The notes below the pieces were generated by a model that was not told the origin of the DNA, made no database searches, and saw only the letters and a list, made by a program, of their open reading frames with translations. Shown one piece after another: positions 17,805 through 26,676 of a DNA stretch of 64,000 bases. Numbering within the stretch: the stretch's first letter is position 1; every line of letters begins with the position of its first letter. The position numbers and the translations under genes were made by a program. Source of the stretch: an uncultured Actinomycetes bacterium (GTDB lineage Bacteria > Actinomycetota > UBA4738 > CALAEC01); NCBI GenBank assembly GCA_964551945.1, contig CAZKFH010000004.1:30435-94434 (forward strand). Reading direction: 5' to 3'.

Positions 17805-18814
17805 TGTCGGTCGCGAACGCAACACCGCAGCCGCAGACGGTCGCGAGCCGGAGAACGCTCGTCGCCGTCGGCGCGGGACTGCTCGTCACGGCGGTCGGGC
17901 TTCGCGCCCTCGACGCGCTCGGCGTGGCCTCGCTCAGGAACTTCCTGATCGTCTTCGCGTCGCTCCTCGTGGAGGCGCTCCCGTTCATCGTGCTCGGCGC
18001 GGCGGTCTCGGCGTTGATCGAGGTCTTCGTCCCCGCGAGCGTCTTCGCCAAGCTGGCCCGCCTGCCCCGCGCGCTGCAGCAGCCGGTCGCGGGACTCGGG
18101 GGCTTCGCGTTCCCGGTCTGCGAGTGCGGCTCCGTGCCGGTCGCGCGCCGACTGGTCGCGAAGGGCATGGCACCCGCGGCCGCGATCACGTTCATGCTGG
18201 CCGCGCCCATCCTCAACCCCGTCGTCCTGGCCGCGACCGCCATCGCGTACCGGGGTCGAGACATCCTGTGGCCGATGGTGCTCGGGCGTGCGGGACTCGG
18301 CTTCCTGGTGGCGATCGTCGCGGGTTGGGTGGTCGGGACGGGTCGAGGCCAGGACATCCTTCGAGGTGGGGCATCCCGTGGTGGACTTCACGACCACGGC
18401 GACGTGCCGGAGGCGCGCTGGGCCGAGTACTTCGGCCACCTCGCGAGTGACTTCACGCTCCTTGCCCGTTACCTCGTGATCGGCGCGGCGATCGCAGCCG
18501 CGCTGCAGACGTTCGTTCCCCAGCAGGTGCTTGGCTCTGTCGCCGAGACCCCGATCCTCAATGTCGCGGCGCTCATGGTCCTCGCGTCGCTCCTGTCCCT
18601 ATGCTCCGAGTCGGATGCGTTCGTCGCTGCCTCCTTCGTGCAGTTCGGGCCCTCGGCGCAGCTTGCCTTCCTCGTGGCCGGTCCGATGATCGACGCGAAG
18701 CTGGCCGTGCTCTACGGCGGAACGTTCCGCCGCGGCTTCGTGCTGACGATCACGGCCGCGGTCTTCTCGTTGACGCTCGCCGGTGCCCTGTGGTTCCAGG
18801 TGGCGTTCGGATGA
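17798..18814 (+). CDS. Permease, DUF318/ArsP-like family (CxC motif) - first component of a two-gene permease
   Basis: 338 aa, ~8 TM; conserved ...FAFPVCECGSVPVARRL... motif characteristic of the DUF318 predicted-permease family. Confidence 0.7.
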   Translation: MLMSVANATPQPQTVASRRTLVAVGAGLLVTAVGLRALDALGVASLRNFLIVFASLLVEALPFIVLGAAVSALIEVFVPASVFAKLARLPRALQQPVAGLGGFAFPVCECGSVPVARRLVAKGMAPAAAITFMLAAPILNPVVLAATAIAYRGRDILWPMVLGRAGLGFLVAIVAGWVVGTGRGQDILRGGASRGGLHDHGDVPEARWAEYFGHLASDFTLLARYLVIGAAIAAALQTFVPQQVLGSVAETPILNVAALMVLASLLSLCSESDAFVAASFVQFGPSAQLAFLVAGPMIDAKLAVLYGGTFRRGFVLTITAAVFSLTLAGALWFQVAFG

Positions 18815-19512
18815 GGCGCTGGAGCGGCTCCCGGCTCGCGCAGACCCTGGCGCTCGCGGCGTGGGGCGGCCTCTTTTGGTTCCTGCTCTTCGCCGACCGG
18901 ACCTCCCTCTATCTTTCCTCCCGGACGGCGTGGGTCGTGCCGGTCGGGGCGATCGGCCTCACCATCGCGGCGCTCGGTCGCCTCGCCACGGCACGCACGC
19001 CGAGCCCCGGTCCGCTGGGTCGAGGCACCGTCTGGGCCGTCGGATTCGTGCTGCTTCCCGTCGTCGCGATCCTGGTGCTACCCCCGGCGGCGCTCGGCTC
19101 GTATGCCGCATCCCGCCGCTCGCTTTCCTCTGGACTTGTCGCGAGCGCTCCTGCGCTCGAGGCCGGCGGCACCGTCACACTCGCCGCCGTTGCCGCTGCG
19201 GGCTGGTCGGAGGACGCGAGACGTTCGCTCGTGTCACGCGCGGGCAGCCGTGTGTCCTTCGAGGGCATCGTGACGAAGCGAGCCGGCCAGGCCGCGGACG
19301 AGTTCATGCTCACGAGGTTCATCGTCTCCTGCTGCGTCGCGGACGCGCTCAGCGTGCAGGTGCGCGTGGTCGGAGCGCCCCCTGGAGAGTTCGAGGAAGA
19401 CGACTGGGTGCGGGTCAGCGGCGCCTTCTACCCGGTGGGTCAGGAGGTCGTGGTCGATGCGTCCGAGATCCAGCCGATCCCCCAGCCGGACGATCCGTAC
19501 CTGAACGTCTAG
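18811..19512 (+). CDS. TIGR03943/DUF1980-family membrane protein (partner of DUF318 permeases)
   Basis: 3' part of listed ORF 18601..19512; ATG 18811 overlaps the upstream stop (ATGA). N-terminal 2-3 TM then a soluble domain with a CC pair (FIVSCCVADA); this family is canonically adjacent to DUF318. Confidence 0.6.
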   Translation: MRRWSGSRLAQTLALAAWGGLFWFLLFADRTSLYLSSRTAWVVPVGAIGLTIAALGRLATARTPSPGPLGRGTVWAVGFVLLPVVAILVLPPAALGSYAASRRSLSSGLVASAPALEAGGTVTLAAVAAAGWSEDARRSLVSRAGSRVSFEGIVTKRAGQAADEFMLTRFIVSCCVADALSVQVRVVGAPPGEFEEDDWVRVSGAFYPVGQEVVVDASEIQPIPQPDDPYLNV

Positions 19513-21233
19513 ACGGGCACGTCCGGCGGCGAGGTCAGGTCGGACTCGGGATACATCCCCGGGCCGAGCGCCTCGATCTCCGCGTTGCTGAGCGACTCGA
19601 GGAACGGACCGGGAAGCGCGGCGGCGAAGACGCGCTCGTTCAGCATCGCCGCCGGGATATCGTCGGCGTCGAAGCCAGTTGGGAGCCCCTCCACGTAGCG
19701 GTAGTCCCCGATCCAGCGCGCGATCTCCTCCAGCGTGAGCCCCTCCTCCTCCATCTCCTCAAGGTCCACGTACATGTCGGAGGGCTGGGCTGCCTCCACG
19801 ACACCGAATCGGTCGTCGACATCCTCTGCGAGCTCGTATCGGTCGATGCGCAGGCCGTCGTAGTTCTCCGCGACCGGCGTCTGACCGTGGTCGGCGGTCA
19901 CCGCGAGCACGTACCGTCCCTCCCCGATCCGCCGGTCGAGGGTCTCAACCAGCTCCCCCAGGATCCGGTCCTGCTCCTGCCAGACGGTCTCGAACTGCGT
20001 GCTCTCCATCCCCCAGAAATGGCCCGCGAGATCCCCGGTCTTGAACTCGAAGAACGCCATGTCGGTGATGTCGTCCAGGCCGATCGGCTCCCGTCGAGCC
20101 ATCCGCAGGATGACCTGTCCCGAGTACCACGCGAACGCCGGGTTCGCGGTGAACTGATACGTGTCGGCCTCCAGTGGGCTGTCGCCCCACCGGTCGTCGC
20201 GCGCGCCATCGGAAGCATCTAGCTCCGAGAGCCGAGACTCGAACCTCGATCGCTCGGGGAGGTAGTAAGGGAGCTCGTACGCCTCCGTGTTCGTCCAGAA
20301 CGTGGTCTCCTCCCGGTCCCACATCACGGCCGGATCGGCGTCTCCCCCGCCGGGCGCGCTGGCGCCGCGCCCCATCATCGCGAGGTGCCACGTCTCGTAG
20401 CCCGCGACGCCCACCCAGGCGCGGTTGCCGGTCGAGCGGTCCCACGCGTCGGCCAGGGTCTCGGCGTTCATCAGACGGAAGTCGGCGCGCTCGAAGCTGA
20501 TGTCGCCGATCGTCCCGTCGGGAAGGCGGCTCGCGTTCTCCGCGATCCCGTGGGTGCGGGGGAACGTGCCGGTTCCCAGAGTGGCGTGCACCGGCGCGGT
20601 CACGCTCGGTGCCGACCCGTTGGTGGCGTTCGTGAACGTCGTTCCGTCTGCCATGAGATCGGCCTGGGCGGGCCAGGCGTCGGGCCACTCCTCGAGGACG
20701 TTCCAGCCCCCGCCGTCGAAGACCGCGGTGACGATCGCCCGGGGAGGCTCGGGCCGCTGGGCCTTTGGAACGAGCGCCTCGCGCAGGACGCGACCGGCGG
20801 GAGCATCGAACTCAAAGTCCATCAGCTCCGCGAACGTGGGCGCCAGATCTGCCATGGTCACCGCGCGCTCCGCGACGATGTGCGAACGAATGTATCCGGG
20901 CCCGTAGAGAGTGATCGGCACGCGCTGGTGGTAGGACCAGGGCGTGGCGTGGGTCGTCCGGGGGTCCCGCACCCCGGCGCGCCCGCCCTCCCAGTTGCCC
21001 AGCACGTTCCACGGCTTGGGGATGAGCGCGATATCGCCCGATCGTCCCGGCACGTAGCCGCGCACGATGGACCGCATCACGTCGGTCCCGAGCGCCCGGG
21101 CCATCTGCATGAGCGTCGGTCCGAAACGCGGCTCACCGTCGTCCGAACATCCCGTGCTCACGAGCATGACGGCCGTCACGAGGGCTATCAGAAGGAAGTG
21201 GGCATGCTTCACACGCCGTCGGAGAGGGGTCAC
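19509..21233 (-). CDS. Type I phosphodiesterase / nucleotide pyrophosphatase-like lipoprotein, paralog 4
   Basis: GTG start 21233; signal peptide plus lipobox (LVSTGC). Motifs IVTAVFDGGGWNVL, GSAPSVTAPVHATLGTGTFPRTHG, VTADHGQ. Most similar to paralog 3. 4-nt convergent overlap with the TIGR03943 gene. Confidence 0.75.
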   Translation of the reverse strand: MTPLRRRVKHAHFLLIALVTAVMLVSTGCSDDGEPRFGPTLMQMARALGTDVMRSIVRGYVPGRSGDIALIPKPWNVLGNWEGGRAGVRDPRTTHATPWSYHQRVPITLYGPGYIRSHIVAERAVTMADLAPTFAELMDFEFDAPAGRVLREALVPKAQRPEPPRAIVTAVFDGGGWNVLEEWPDAWPAQADLMADGTTFTNATNGSAPSVTAPVHATLGTGTFPRTHGIAENASRLPDGTIGDISFERADFRLMNAETLADAWDRSTGNRAWVGVAGYETWHLAMMGRGASAPGGGDADPAVMWDREETTFWTNTEAYELPYYLPERSRFESRLSELDASDGARDDRWGDSPLEADTYQFTANPAFAWYSGQVILRMARREPIGLDDITDMAFFEFKTGDLAGHFWGMESTQFETVWQEQDRILGELVETLDRRIGEGRYVLAVTADHGQTPVAENYDGLRIDRYELAEDVDDRFGVVEAAQPSDMYVDLEEMEEEGLTLEEIARWIGDYRYVEGLPTGFDADDIPAAMLNERVFAAALPGPFLESLSNAEIEALGPGMYPESDLTSPPDVPV

Positions 21234-21280
21234 GGGATGGGTAGAATATGCGCTCCCGGCCCACTGGAGAGACGATCCCT

Positions 21281-22468
21281 ATGCGTGTTCTGATCCTTGG
21301 CGGCGACGGCTATCTCGGCTGGCCGACCGCCATGCACTTCTCGCAGCGGGGCCACGACGTCTGCGTCGTCGACAACTACCTCCGCAGGCGCGCGCACCAG
21401 GAGAACGGCACCGACTCGCTCACGCCGATCCCGGACGACCTCCAGGCCCGCGTGAGCGCATGGCGAGACGTCAGCGGCCGTGAGATCGATCTGGTCGAGG
21501 GCGATCTCTGCGACGCAGGCTTCGTCGACCAGCTCTTCCGAGCGTTCGAGCCCGAAGCGATCGTCCATTACGGCGAGATGCCGTCCGCGCCGTACTCGAT
21601 GGTGTCGCAGAGGCATGCGGTATTCACCCAGTACAACAACGTGATCGGAACCCTCAACGTGCTGTTCGCGATGCGAGACCTGGCTCCTGATTCCCACATG
21701 GTGAAGCTCGGCACGATGGGCGAGTACGGCACGCCGAATATCGATATCGAGGAGGGCTTCCTGGAGGTCGAGCACAAGGGCCGCAAGGACGTGCTTCCGT
21801 TCCCGAAGCAGCCGGGCTCCTTCTATCACGCGTCCAAGGTGCATGACTCCGTCAACATCCACCTGGCCTGCAAGATCTGGGGGCTTCGAGCCACCGACCT
21901 GAACCAGGGCATCGTCTACGGGATCCAGACCGAGGAGACGAAGCTCGATCCGCGCCTGCTCACCCGCTTCGACTACGACGAGATCTTCGGAACCACACTG
22001 AATCGCTTCTGTCTCCAGTCCGTGATCGGTCACCCACTGACGGTGTACGGCACCGGCGGACAGACCCGCGGCTTCCTCAACATCGTCGACACCCTGCGGT
22101 GCGTCGAGCTCGCCGCGTCTAACCCGCCGCCCGGCGGCGAGTACCGGGTGTTCAACCAGTTCACGGAGAGCTTCACGGTGCTGGAACTCGCCGAGCTCGT
22201 CGCGAAGTCGGCCAAGGAGATTGGCGTTACCGCAACGATCGAGCACGTCGAGAACCCTCGCATCGAAGCGGAGGCTCACTACTACCGAGCGACCAACACG
22301 CGTCTCATGGATCTCGGCCTGCAGCCCCACTACTTGTCGGAGACGCTGATCGAATCGATGTTCGACATCATCGGTCGGTACCGCGATCGCGTCGACGAGA
22401 AGCACATCATGCCGCGCACGCGCTGGCGCCCTCGCGAGTCGACGCCCGCCGACGCCTCACACCTCTAA
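21281..22468 (+). CDS. sqdB: UDP-sulfoquinovose synthase
   Basis: Near-colinear identity blocks with plant/cyanobacterial SQD1/SqdB: LILGGDGYLGW, VDN..RR, LTPI, HYGE..SAPYSM, TQYNNVIGTLNVLFA, HMVKLGTMGEYGTPNIDIEEGF, YHASKVHDS, ATDLNQG.VYG, RFDYDEIFGT.LNRFC, GHPLTVYG.GGQTRG, PRIEAE.HYY, HYLS. ATG 21281 with GGAGAG upstream. Confidence 0.85.
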   Translation: MRVLILGGDGYLGWPTAMHFSQRGHDVCVVDNYLRRRAHQENGTDSLTPIPDDLQARVSAWRDVSGREIDLVEGDLCDAGFVDQLFRAFEPEAIVHYGEMPSAPYSMVSQRHAVFTQYNNVIGTLNVLFAMRDLAPDSHMVKLGTMGEYGTPNIDIEEGFLEVEHKGRKDVLPFPKQPGSFYHASKVHDSVNIHLACKIWGLRATDLNQGIVYGIQTEETKLDPRLLTRFDYDEIFGTTLNRFCLQSVIGHPLTVYGTGGQTRGFLNIVDTLRCVELAASNPPPGGEYRVFNQFTESFTVLELAELVAKSAKEIGVTATIEHVENPRIEAEAHYYRATNTRLMDLGLQPHYLSETLIESMFDIIGRYRDRVDEKHIMPRTRWRPRESTPADASHL

Positions 22469-23524
22469 GTGCAGGAACTGGTCGCACTCAGGATCGTCGG
22501 CGGCCTTTTCGCCGCGATCCTCCTCCTCTCCGCAATCTTTCGATATCGCGGGCGGCGGATCACCCGCCTCAACCTGCTGATCTCCTGCACGCTTGCCGTC
22601 GCCGGCCTCTTGCTCGCAGCGTTCCCCGGGTTCTTCGACCCGCTGTTCGACCTGTTCAACTTCCGCCGCGGTGGGGGGCGCCGCCTCCTGGCAGTGCTCG
22701 TCTTTGGCAACATCGTGCTGCTCCTGCTCCTGCTCCGGAACCAGACCGAGACTGACGTGGTGCGCCGCGATTTCCAGCTGTTGATGGAGTGGATGGGCGT
22801 GAATTCCCTCGAGAAGGAGGACCTGGACGGGCTCCCGGCCGGAGGGCGTGTCGTCGTTGTTCTTCCGGCGCACAACGAGGCGTCGAACGTCGGGGCGGTG
22901 CTGAACCAGATGCCGGAGAAGGTTGACGGCCATCCGGTGGTCTCCCTGGTGGTCGACGACGCGTCGGAGGACGAGACCGCCGACGTCGCGAGGAAGGCCG
23001 GAGCCCTCGTCGCCCGCCTGCCGATCCGTCGCGGTGGTGGACAGGCGGTTCGCGTCGGATACGAGCTCGCGCTCAAGCTCGACGCCGAGGTGGTGGCGTC
23101 TCTCGACGCCGATGGGCAGCACGATCCGAGCGAGCTGAAGCTCCTGGTCGAGCCGATCCTCCGTGGCGAGTTCGACATGGTGCAGGGCTCGCGCGTGCTC
23201 GGGCGCTACGAGAAGGAGAGCCACATCCGCCATCTCGGCGTGCTGGTCCTGTCACGACTGGTCTCGCTCATGACCGGGACGCGGGTCACCGACGTCTCCA
23301 ACGGCTACAGGGCGCTTCGCAAGGAGACCCTCCAACGTCTGATCCTGCAGCAGGATCAGTTCTGGACGAGCGAGATCATCATCGAGGCTCTCCGTCAGCG
23401 CGCGAGGATCAAGGAGGTCCCGATCAGCGTCCGCGCTCGCGCGAGCGGCGTGACGAAGAAGCCGAAACCGTTCAAGTACGGCTGGAGCTTCCTCAAGGTG
23501 ATCGTCAAGACCTGGCTCCGCTGA
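22469..23524 (+). CDS. Membrane-anchored family-2 glycosyltransferase (DPM1/Ppm1-like polyprenyl-phosphate sugar synthase type)
   Basis: GTG start immediately after the sqdB stop. N-terminal 2-3 TM helices, then a GT2 catalytic domain (VVVLPAHNEASNVGAVL..., DADGQHDP DxD region, VSNGYRALRK). Architecture resembles polyprenyl-P-mannose/glucose synthases. Confidence 0.7.
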   Translation: MQELVALRIVGGLFAAILLLSAIFRYRGRRITRLNLLISCTLAVAGLLLAAFPGFFDPLFDLFNFRRGGGRRLLAVLVFGNIVLLLLLLRNQTETDVVRRDFQLLMEWMGVNSLEKEDLDGLPAGGRVVVVLPAHNEASNVGAVLNQMPEKVDGHPVVSLVVDDASEDETADVARKAGALVARLPIRRGGGQAVRVGYELALKLDAEVVASLDADGQHDPSELKLLVEPILRGEFDMVQGSRVLGRYEKESHIRHLGVLVLSRLVSLMTGTRVTDVSNGYRALRKETLQRLILQQDQFWTSEIIIEALRQRARIKEVPISVRARASGVTKKPKPFKYGWSFLKVIVKTWLR

Positions 23525-23545
23525 CGCGCCGCTAGACTCTGGTCG

Positions 23546-23734
23546 ATGGCTCGTAAATCTCGGCTCAATCCGGGAGGTTTCGCCTCCGGAGGCGTCCCGC
23601 CGAACGCGCAAGGCGGCTGGAACCACAGAGATGCGCCGCTCAACCATCGTGGGACGACGATCTGGATCGCCGTGATCGGCCTGCTCGTCGTTGTCGGCAT
23701 CGCCCTCTTCGCCTACGGCTTCGCGACCGACTGA
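23546..23734 (+). CDS. Possible small membrane protein (very uncertain)
   Basis: 62-aa ORF with a single C-terminal hydrophobic helix (TTIWIAVIGLLVVVGIALFAYGF); no clear Shine-Dalgarno; lies in the 250-bp gap between the GT2 and thiE. Confidence 0.2.
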   Translation: MARKSRLNPGGFASGGVPPNAQGGWNHRDAPLNHRGTTIWIAVIGLLVVVGIALFAYGFATD

Positions 23735-23773
23735 CCGCCGGCAGGGCCTCCCGCCCGGGTCTCGCACAAATGA

Positions 23774-24430
23774 TCAGATCCGTTCATTTCTGCGAGTGAG
23801 GCTGCGAACCAGGGCCGCAACTGCAGATCTCGGATCGGATGCTTCGGTGACGGCGCGGACGACCACGATCCGCCTCACCCCCGCCTCTTGGATCTGCTGC
23901 AGGTTGCCTTCGTTGATGCCGCCGATCGCGAACCAGGGCCTCGTCTCGCCGCTCTTCGCTGCGTAACGCACGTACTCGAGACCCGCGGCCGGTCGGCCGG
24001 GCTTCGTCGGCGTCTCCCAGACGGGCCCCGCGCACAGGTAGTCGGCTTCGGGCACCGCCGCGTCCCACTGGTCTGGCGTGTGGGTGGAGAGGCCGAGGAT
24101 GGCATTCCCGCCGAGGATCGCGCGGGCCTCGTCGAGCGGCGCGTCCTCCTGGCCCAGGTGGACTCCGTCGGCATCGAGCGCCAAGGCGACCTCCGGGCGG
24201 TCGTTGAGGATGAACAAGGCGCCGTTGCGCGCGGCTGCTTCACGGAAGATCTCGCCCCACCGCAGGAGGTCGGCGACCTCCGCATCCTTCTCCCGGAGCT
24301 GGATGATGTCGACGCCGGCATCGAGGATCTCGGCGAGGAACTCCGCCAGGTCACCCTGTTGCTCTCGGGCGCCCGTAACGACGTACAGGCTCGAGCGGGC
24401 GAGACGCTCCCGCCGATCCGCCGGCTTCAT
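23774..24430 (-). CDS. thiE: Thiamine-phosphate synthase
   Basis: 218 aa; TMP-synthase motifs (LYVVTG, IIQLREKD, GADGVHLGQED, GLSTH, DYLCAGPVWETPTKPG, FAIGGI). Confidence 0.85.
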   Translation of the reverse strand: MKPADRRERLARSSLYVVTGAREQQGDLAEFLAEILDAGVDIIQLREKDAEVADLLRWGEIFREAAARNGALFILNDRPEVALALDADGVHLGQEDAPLDEARAILGGNAILGLSTHTPDQWDAAVPEADYLCAGPVWETPTKPGRPAAGLEYVRYAAKSGETRPWFAIGGINEGNLQQIQEAGVRRIVVVRAVTEASDPRSAVAALVRSLTRRNERI

Positions 24431-24627
24431 CCGCCGGCGACCGCGCGGACGAGCTCGATGCGATCTCCGTCCTCGAGGCTGACGTCGTCGTACCGAGCCC
24501 GCTGCAAGGGCTCGCCATTGCGCTCGACGATCACGAATCGAGGATCGAGCCCTCGATCGCGGATGAACTCGGCGATGGTTCTGGTGGCGGGGAGCTGGTA
24601 CGTCTCGCCGTTCGCGGTGACGTTCAC
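24427..24627 (-). CDS. thiS: Thiamine biosynthesis sulfur-carrier protein ThiS
   Basis: 66 aa (VNVTANGETYQL...DGDRIELVRAVAGG) ending in the diglycine typical of ThiS/MoaD; ATGA overlap with thiE. Confidence 0.75.
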   Translation of the reverse strand: MNVTANGETYQLPATRTIAEFIRDRGLDPRFVIVERNGEPLQRARYDDVSLEDGDRIELVRAVAGG

Positions 24628-24628
24628 G

Positions 24629-25846
24629 TCAGGAGGCGCGGAGCCCGCGCGCCACGCCGCTTGGAAGTGAGGGGTCTTCCCACACGGGCTCGTATCCGAG
24701 CGCCCGGAGCGACGCGGCAACCTCCGCGGGCAACCGCGTGTCCGCGACCTCGAACTGCTCCTCGGCCTCGCCTGGGTGCTCGTACCCGCCCGGCTCCGTG
24801 TGCGAGCCCGCGCTCGTGTGCGTGATGCCGATCCGGTGCAAGCCGTCGCGCAGCTCGGCGGGCTCGCGACTCGACAGGACCAGTCCCACATCCGGCAGCA
24901 AGAGCCGAAGCGCACAGATGTATTGGGCCAGATCGCGATCCTGAACCTCGATGCGCGGCTGGAACCCACTCGCGGAGGGACGGATGCGTGGTGCCGAGAC
25001 GGTCACCTGCGTTCGCCAGTACCGCTTCATCAGGAACCGAGCGTGCGCCGCCGTGACGATCGCCTCGGCCCGCCAGTCGTCGTACAGGCCGAGCAGTGCG
25101 CCCACACCCACACGACGTGCCCCGGCTCGTGCGGCGCGCTCCGGCCCGAGCAGCCGCCAGCGATAGTTGCGCTTGCGTCCCGCCAGATGCACCTCCGCGT
25201 ACCGCTGCGGGTCGTACGTCTCCTGGTAGATGACGACGCCCTCGCATCCCGCCGCGAGCAGGCGCCGGTAGTCGGCCTCGCCCCAGACCTGCACCTCGAT
25301 CGACAGGGAGGGAACGACCGCGGCGAGGGAACGAAGGTGCCGCTCGAGGAACTCGATGCCGGTCAGCCGCTCGTGCTCGCCGGTGAGCAGCAGGATCGAA
25401 CGGAACCCCTGCCCGGTCAGGTACCGTGCCTCCTCCAGAGCGTCGGCGTGCCCGAGCGTCTTGCGCGCGACCGGCAGGTTCTTCGCGAAGCCACAGTACC
25501 CGCACGTCGTCAGGCACTCGTTCGACAGATACAGCGGCGCGTACATGTGCATCGTTCGCCCGAATCGCGCAAGGGTCAGGCTGCGCGATGCCGATGCGAG
25601 ATCCTCGAGCCGCTCCCCCGCCATCGGGGAGAGCAGCGCCGCATAGTCCTCCAGCGTTCGGTCGAGCGGGCTCGTCGCGAGCGCCCGATCGACTCGCAAG
25701 GGATCGGCCGAAGATGAGACTTCGAGCAACGCGTCGAGCGGCAACCGGGCGAGCTCCCACGCGAACGTCGACGCCGGCCAGGGGGCCTCGAACCCATCGC
25801 GCTCGTCGATGGGAGCGGCCAGATCTTGGAGCGACTCGATCCTCAC
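24629..25846 (-). CDS. thiH: 2-iminoacetate synthase (tyrosine lyase) ThiH, radical SAM
   Basis: 3' part of listed ORF 24629..26071. CxxxCxxC cluster ([13 protein letters not shown]), ThiH/HydG/BioB-like body; GTG start 25846 overlaps the thiG stop (GTGA). Confidence 0.75.
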   Translation of the reverse strand: MRIESLQDLAAPIDERDGFEAPWPASTFAWELARLPLDALLEVSSSADPLRVDRALATSPLDRTLEDYAALLSPMAGERLEDLASASRSLTLARFGRTMHMYAPLYLSNECLTTCGYCGFAKNLPVARKTLGHADALEEARYLTGQGFRSILLLTGEHERLTGIEFLERHLRSLAAVVPSLSIEVQVWGEADYRRLLAAGCEGVVIYQETYDPQRYAEVHLAGRKRNYRWRLLGPERAARAGARRVGVGALLGLYDDWRAEAIVTAAHARFLMKRYWRTQVTVSAPRIRPSASGFQPRIEVQDRDLAQYICALRLLLPDVGLVLSSREPAELRDGLHRIGITHTSAGSHTEPGGYEHPGEAEEQFEVADTRLPAEVAASLRALGYEPVWEDPSLPSGVARGLRAS

Positions 25847-26673
25847 GGCTCGGTTACCCCCGGGTCCGCCTGCGAGGTGACGAGCTTGTCGAGGAACCCC
25901 GTTAACGGGCTTGACGCCTCGGCGGATGACCGCTCGAGTGGCTGCCCGGCCAGGAACGCCCCTCGTCCGGCCTCGACGCCGAGGCGGAACGCATCCGCCA
26001 TCCCCACAGGATCGCTCGCCACGGCGATCGCGGTATTGACGAGCACCGCGTCGCAGCCCATCTCCAGGCACTCGGCCGCGTGCGAGGGGGCGCCGAGGCC
26101 GGCATCCACGACCACCGGAACGTTCGCTTGCTCGAGGATGATCTGCACCGCGTCGCGTGTGCGCAGGCCCTTGTTCGAGCCGATCCAGGAACCGAGGGGC
26201 ATGACCGTCGCACAGCCCGCCTCCTCCAAGCGCTTCGCAAGGACCGGGTCGGCGCCGATGTACGGCAGGACGGTGAACCCGTCGGCGACAAGGAGCTCGG
26301 CCGCCTTCAGCGTCTCGATCGGGTCCGGCAGGAGGTAGCGCGGCTCCGGCGTGACCTCGAGCTTGACCCAGTCGGGCATCCCCGCGGCGCGTGCAAGACG
26401 GGCGAGCCGCACGGCCTCCCCCGCGTCCATCGCACCGGAGGTGTTCGGAAGGAGGAGATACCGCTCCGGGTCGATGAACTCGAGGATGTCCGGTCCCCCA
26501 GTGGCGTCGAGATCCACGCGGCGCAGCGCGACCGTGACCATCTCCGTCCCCGACGCCGCCAGCGCGTCGCGCATGACTTCATGGGAACCGAACTTGCCGG
26601 TCCCGAGGATCAGCCGGGACGAGAACGTCCGTCCGCCGATCTCGAGGGGGTCGGTGCCTGTCTGGGTGATCAT
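25843..26673 (-). CDS. thiG: Thiazole synthase
   Basis: 276 aa with ThiG signature regions ([49 protein letters not shown]). Confidence 0.9.
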   Translation of the reverse strand: MITQTGTDPLEIGGRTFSSRLILGTGKFGSHEVMRDALAASGTEMVTVALRRVDLDATGGPDILEFIDPERYLLLPNTSGAMDAGEAVRLARLARAAGMPDWVKLEVTPEPRYLLPDPIETLKAAELLVADGFTVLPYIGADPVLAKRLEEAGCATVMPLGSWIGSNKGLRTRDAVQIILEQANVPVVVDAGLGAPSHAAECLEMGCDAVLVNTAIAVASDPVGMADAFRLGVEAGRGAFLAGQPLERSSAEASSPLTGFLDKLVTSQADPGVTEP

Positions 26674-26676
26674 GTT

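Noticed and set aside
18783-20222. 479-aa plus ORF spanning the TIGR03943 gene and paralog 4
   Set aside because: Wrong frame or strand relative to two well-supported genes; Arg-rich junk translation.
24629-26071. 480-aa reading of thiH
   Set aside because: The N-terminal 75 codons overlap thiG in another frame; GTG 25846 overlapping the thiG stop gives a canonical ThiH length.
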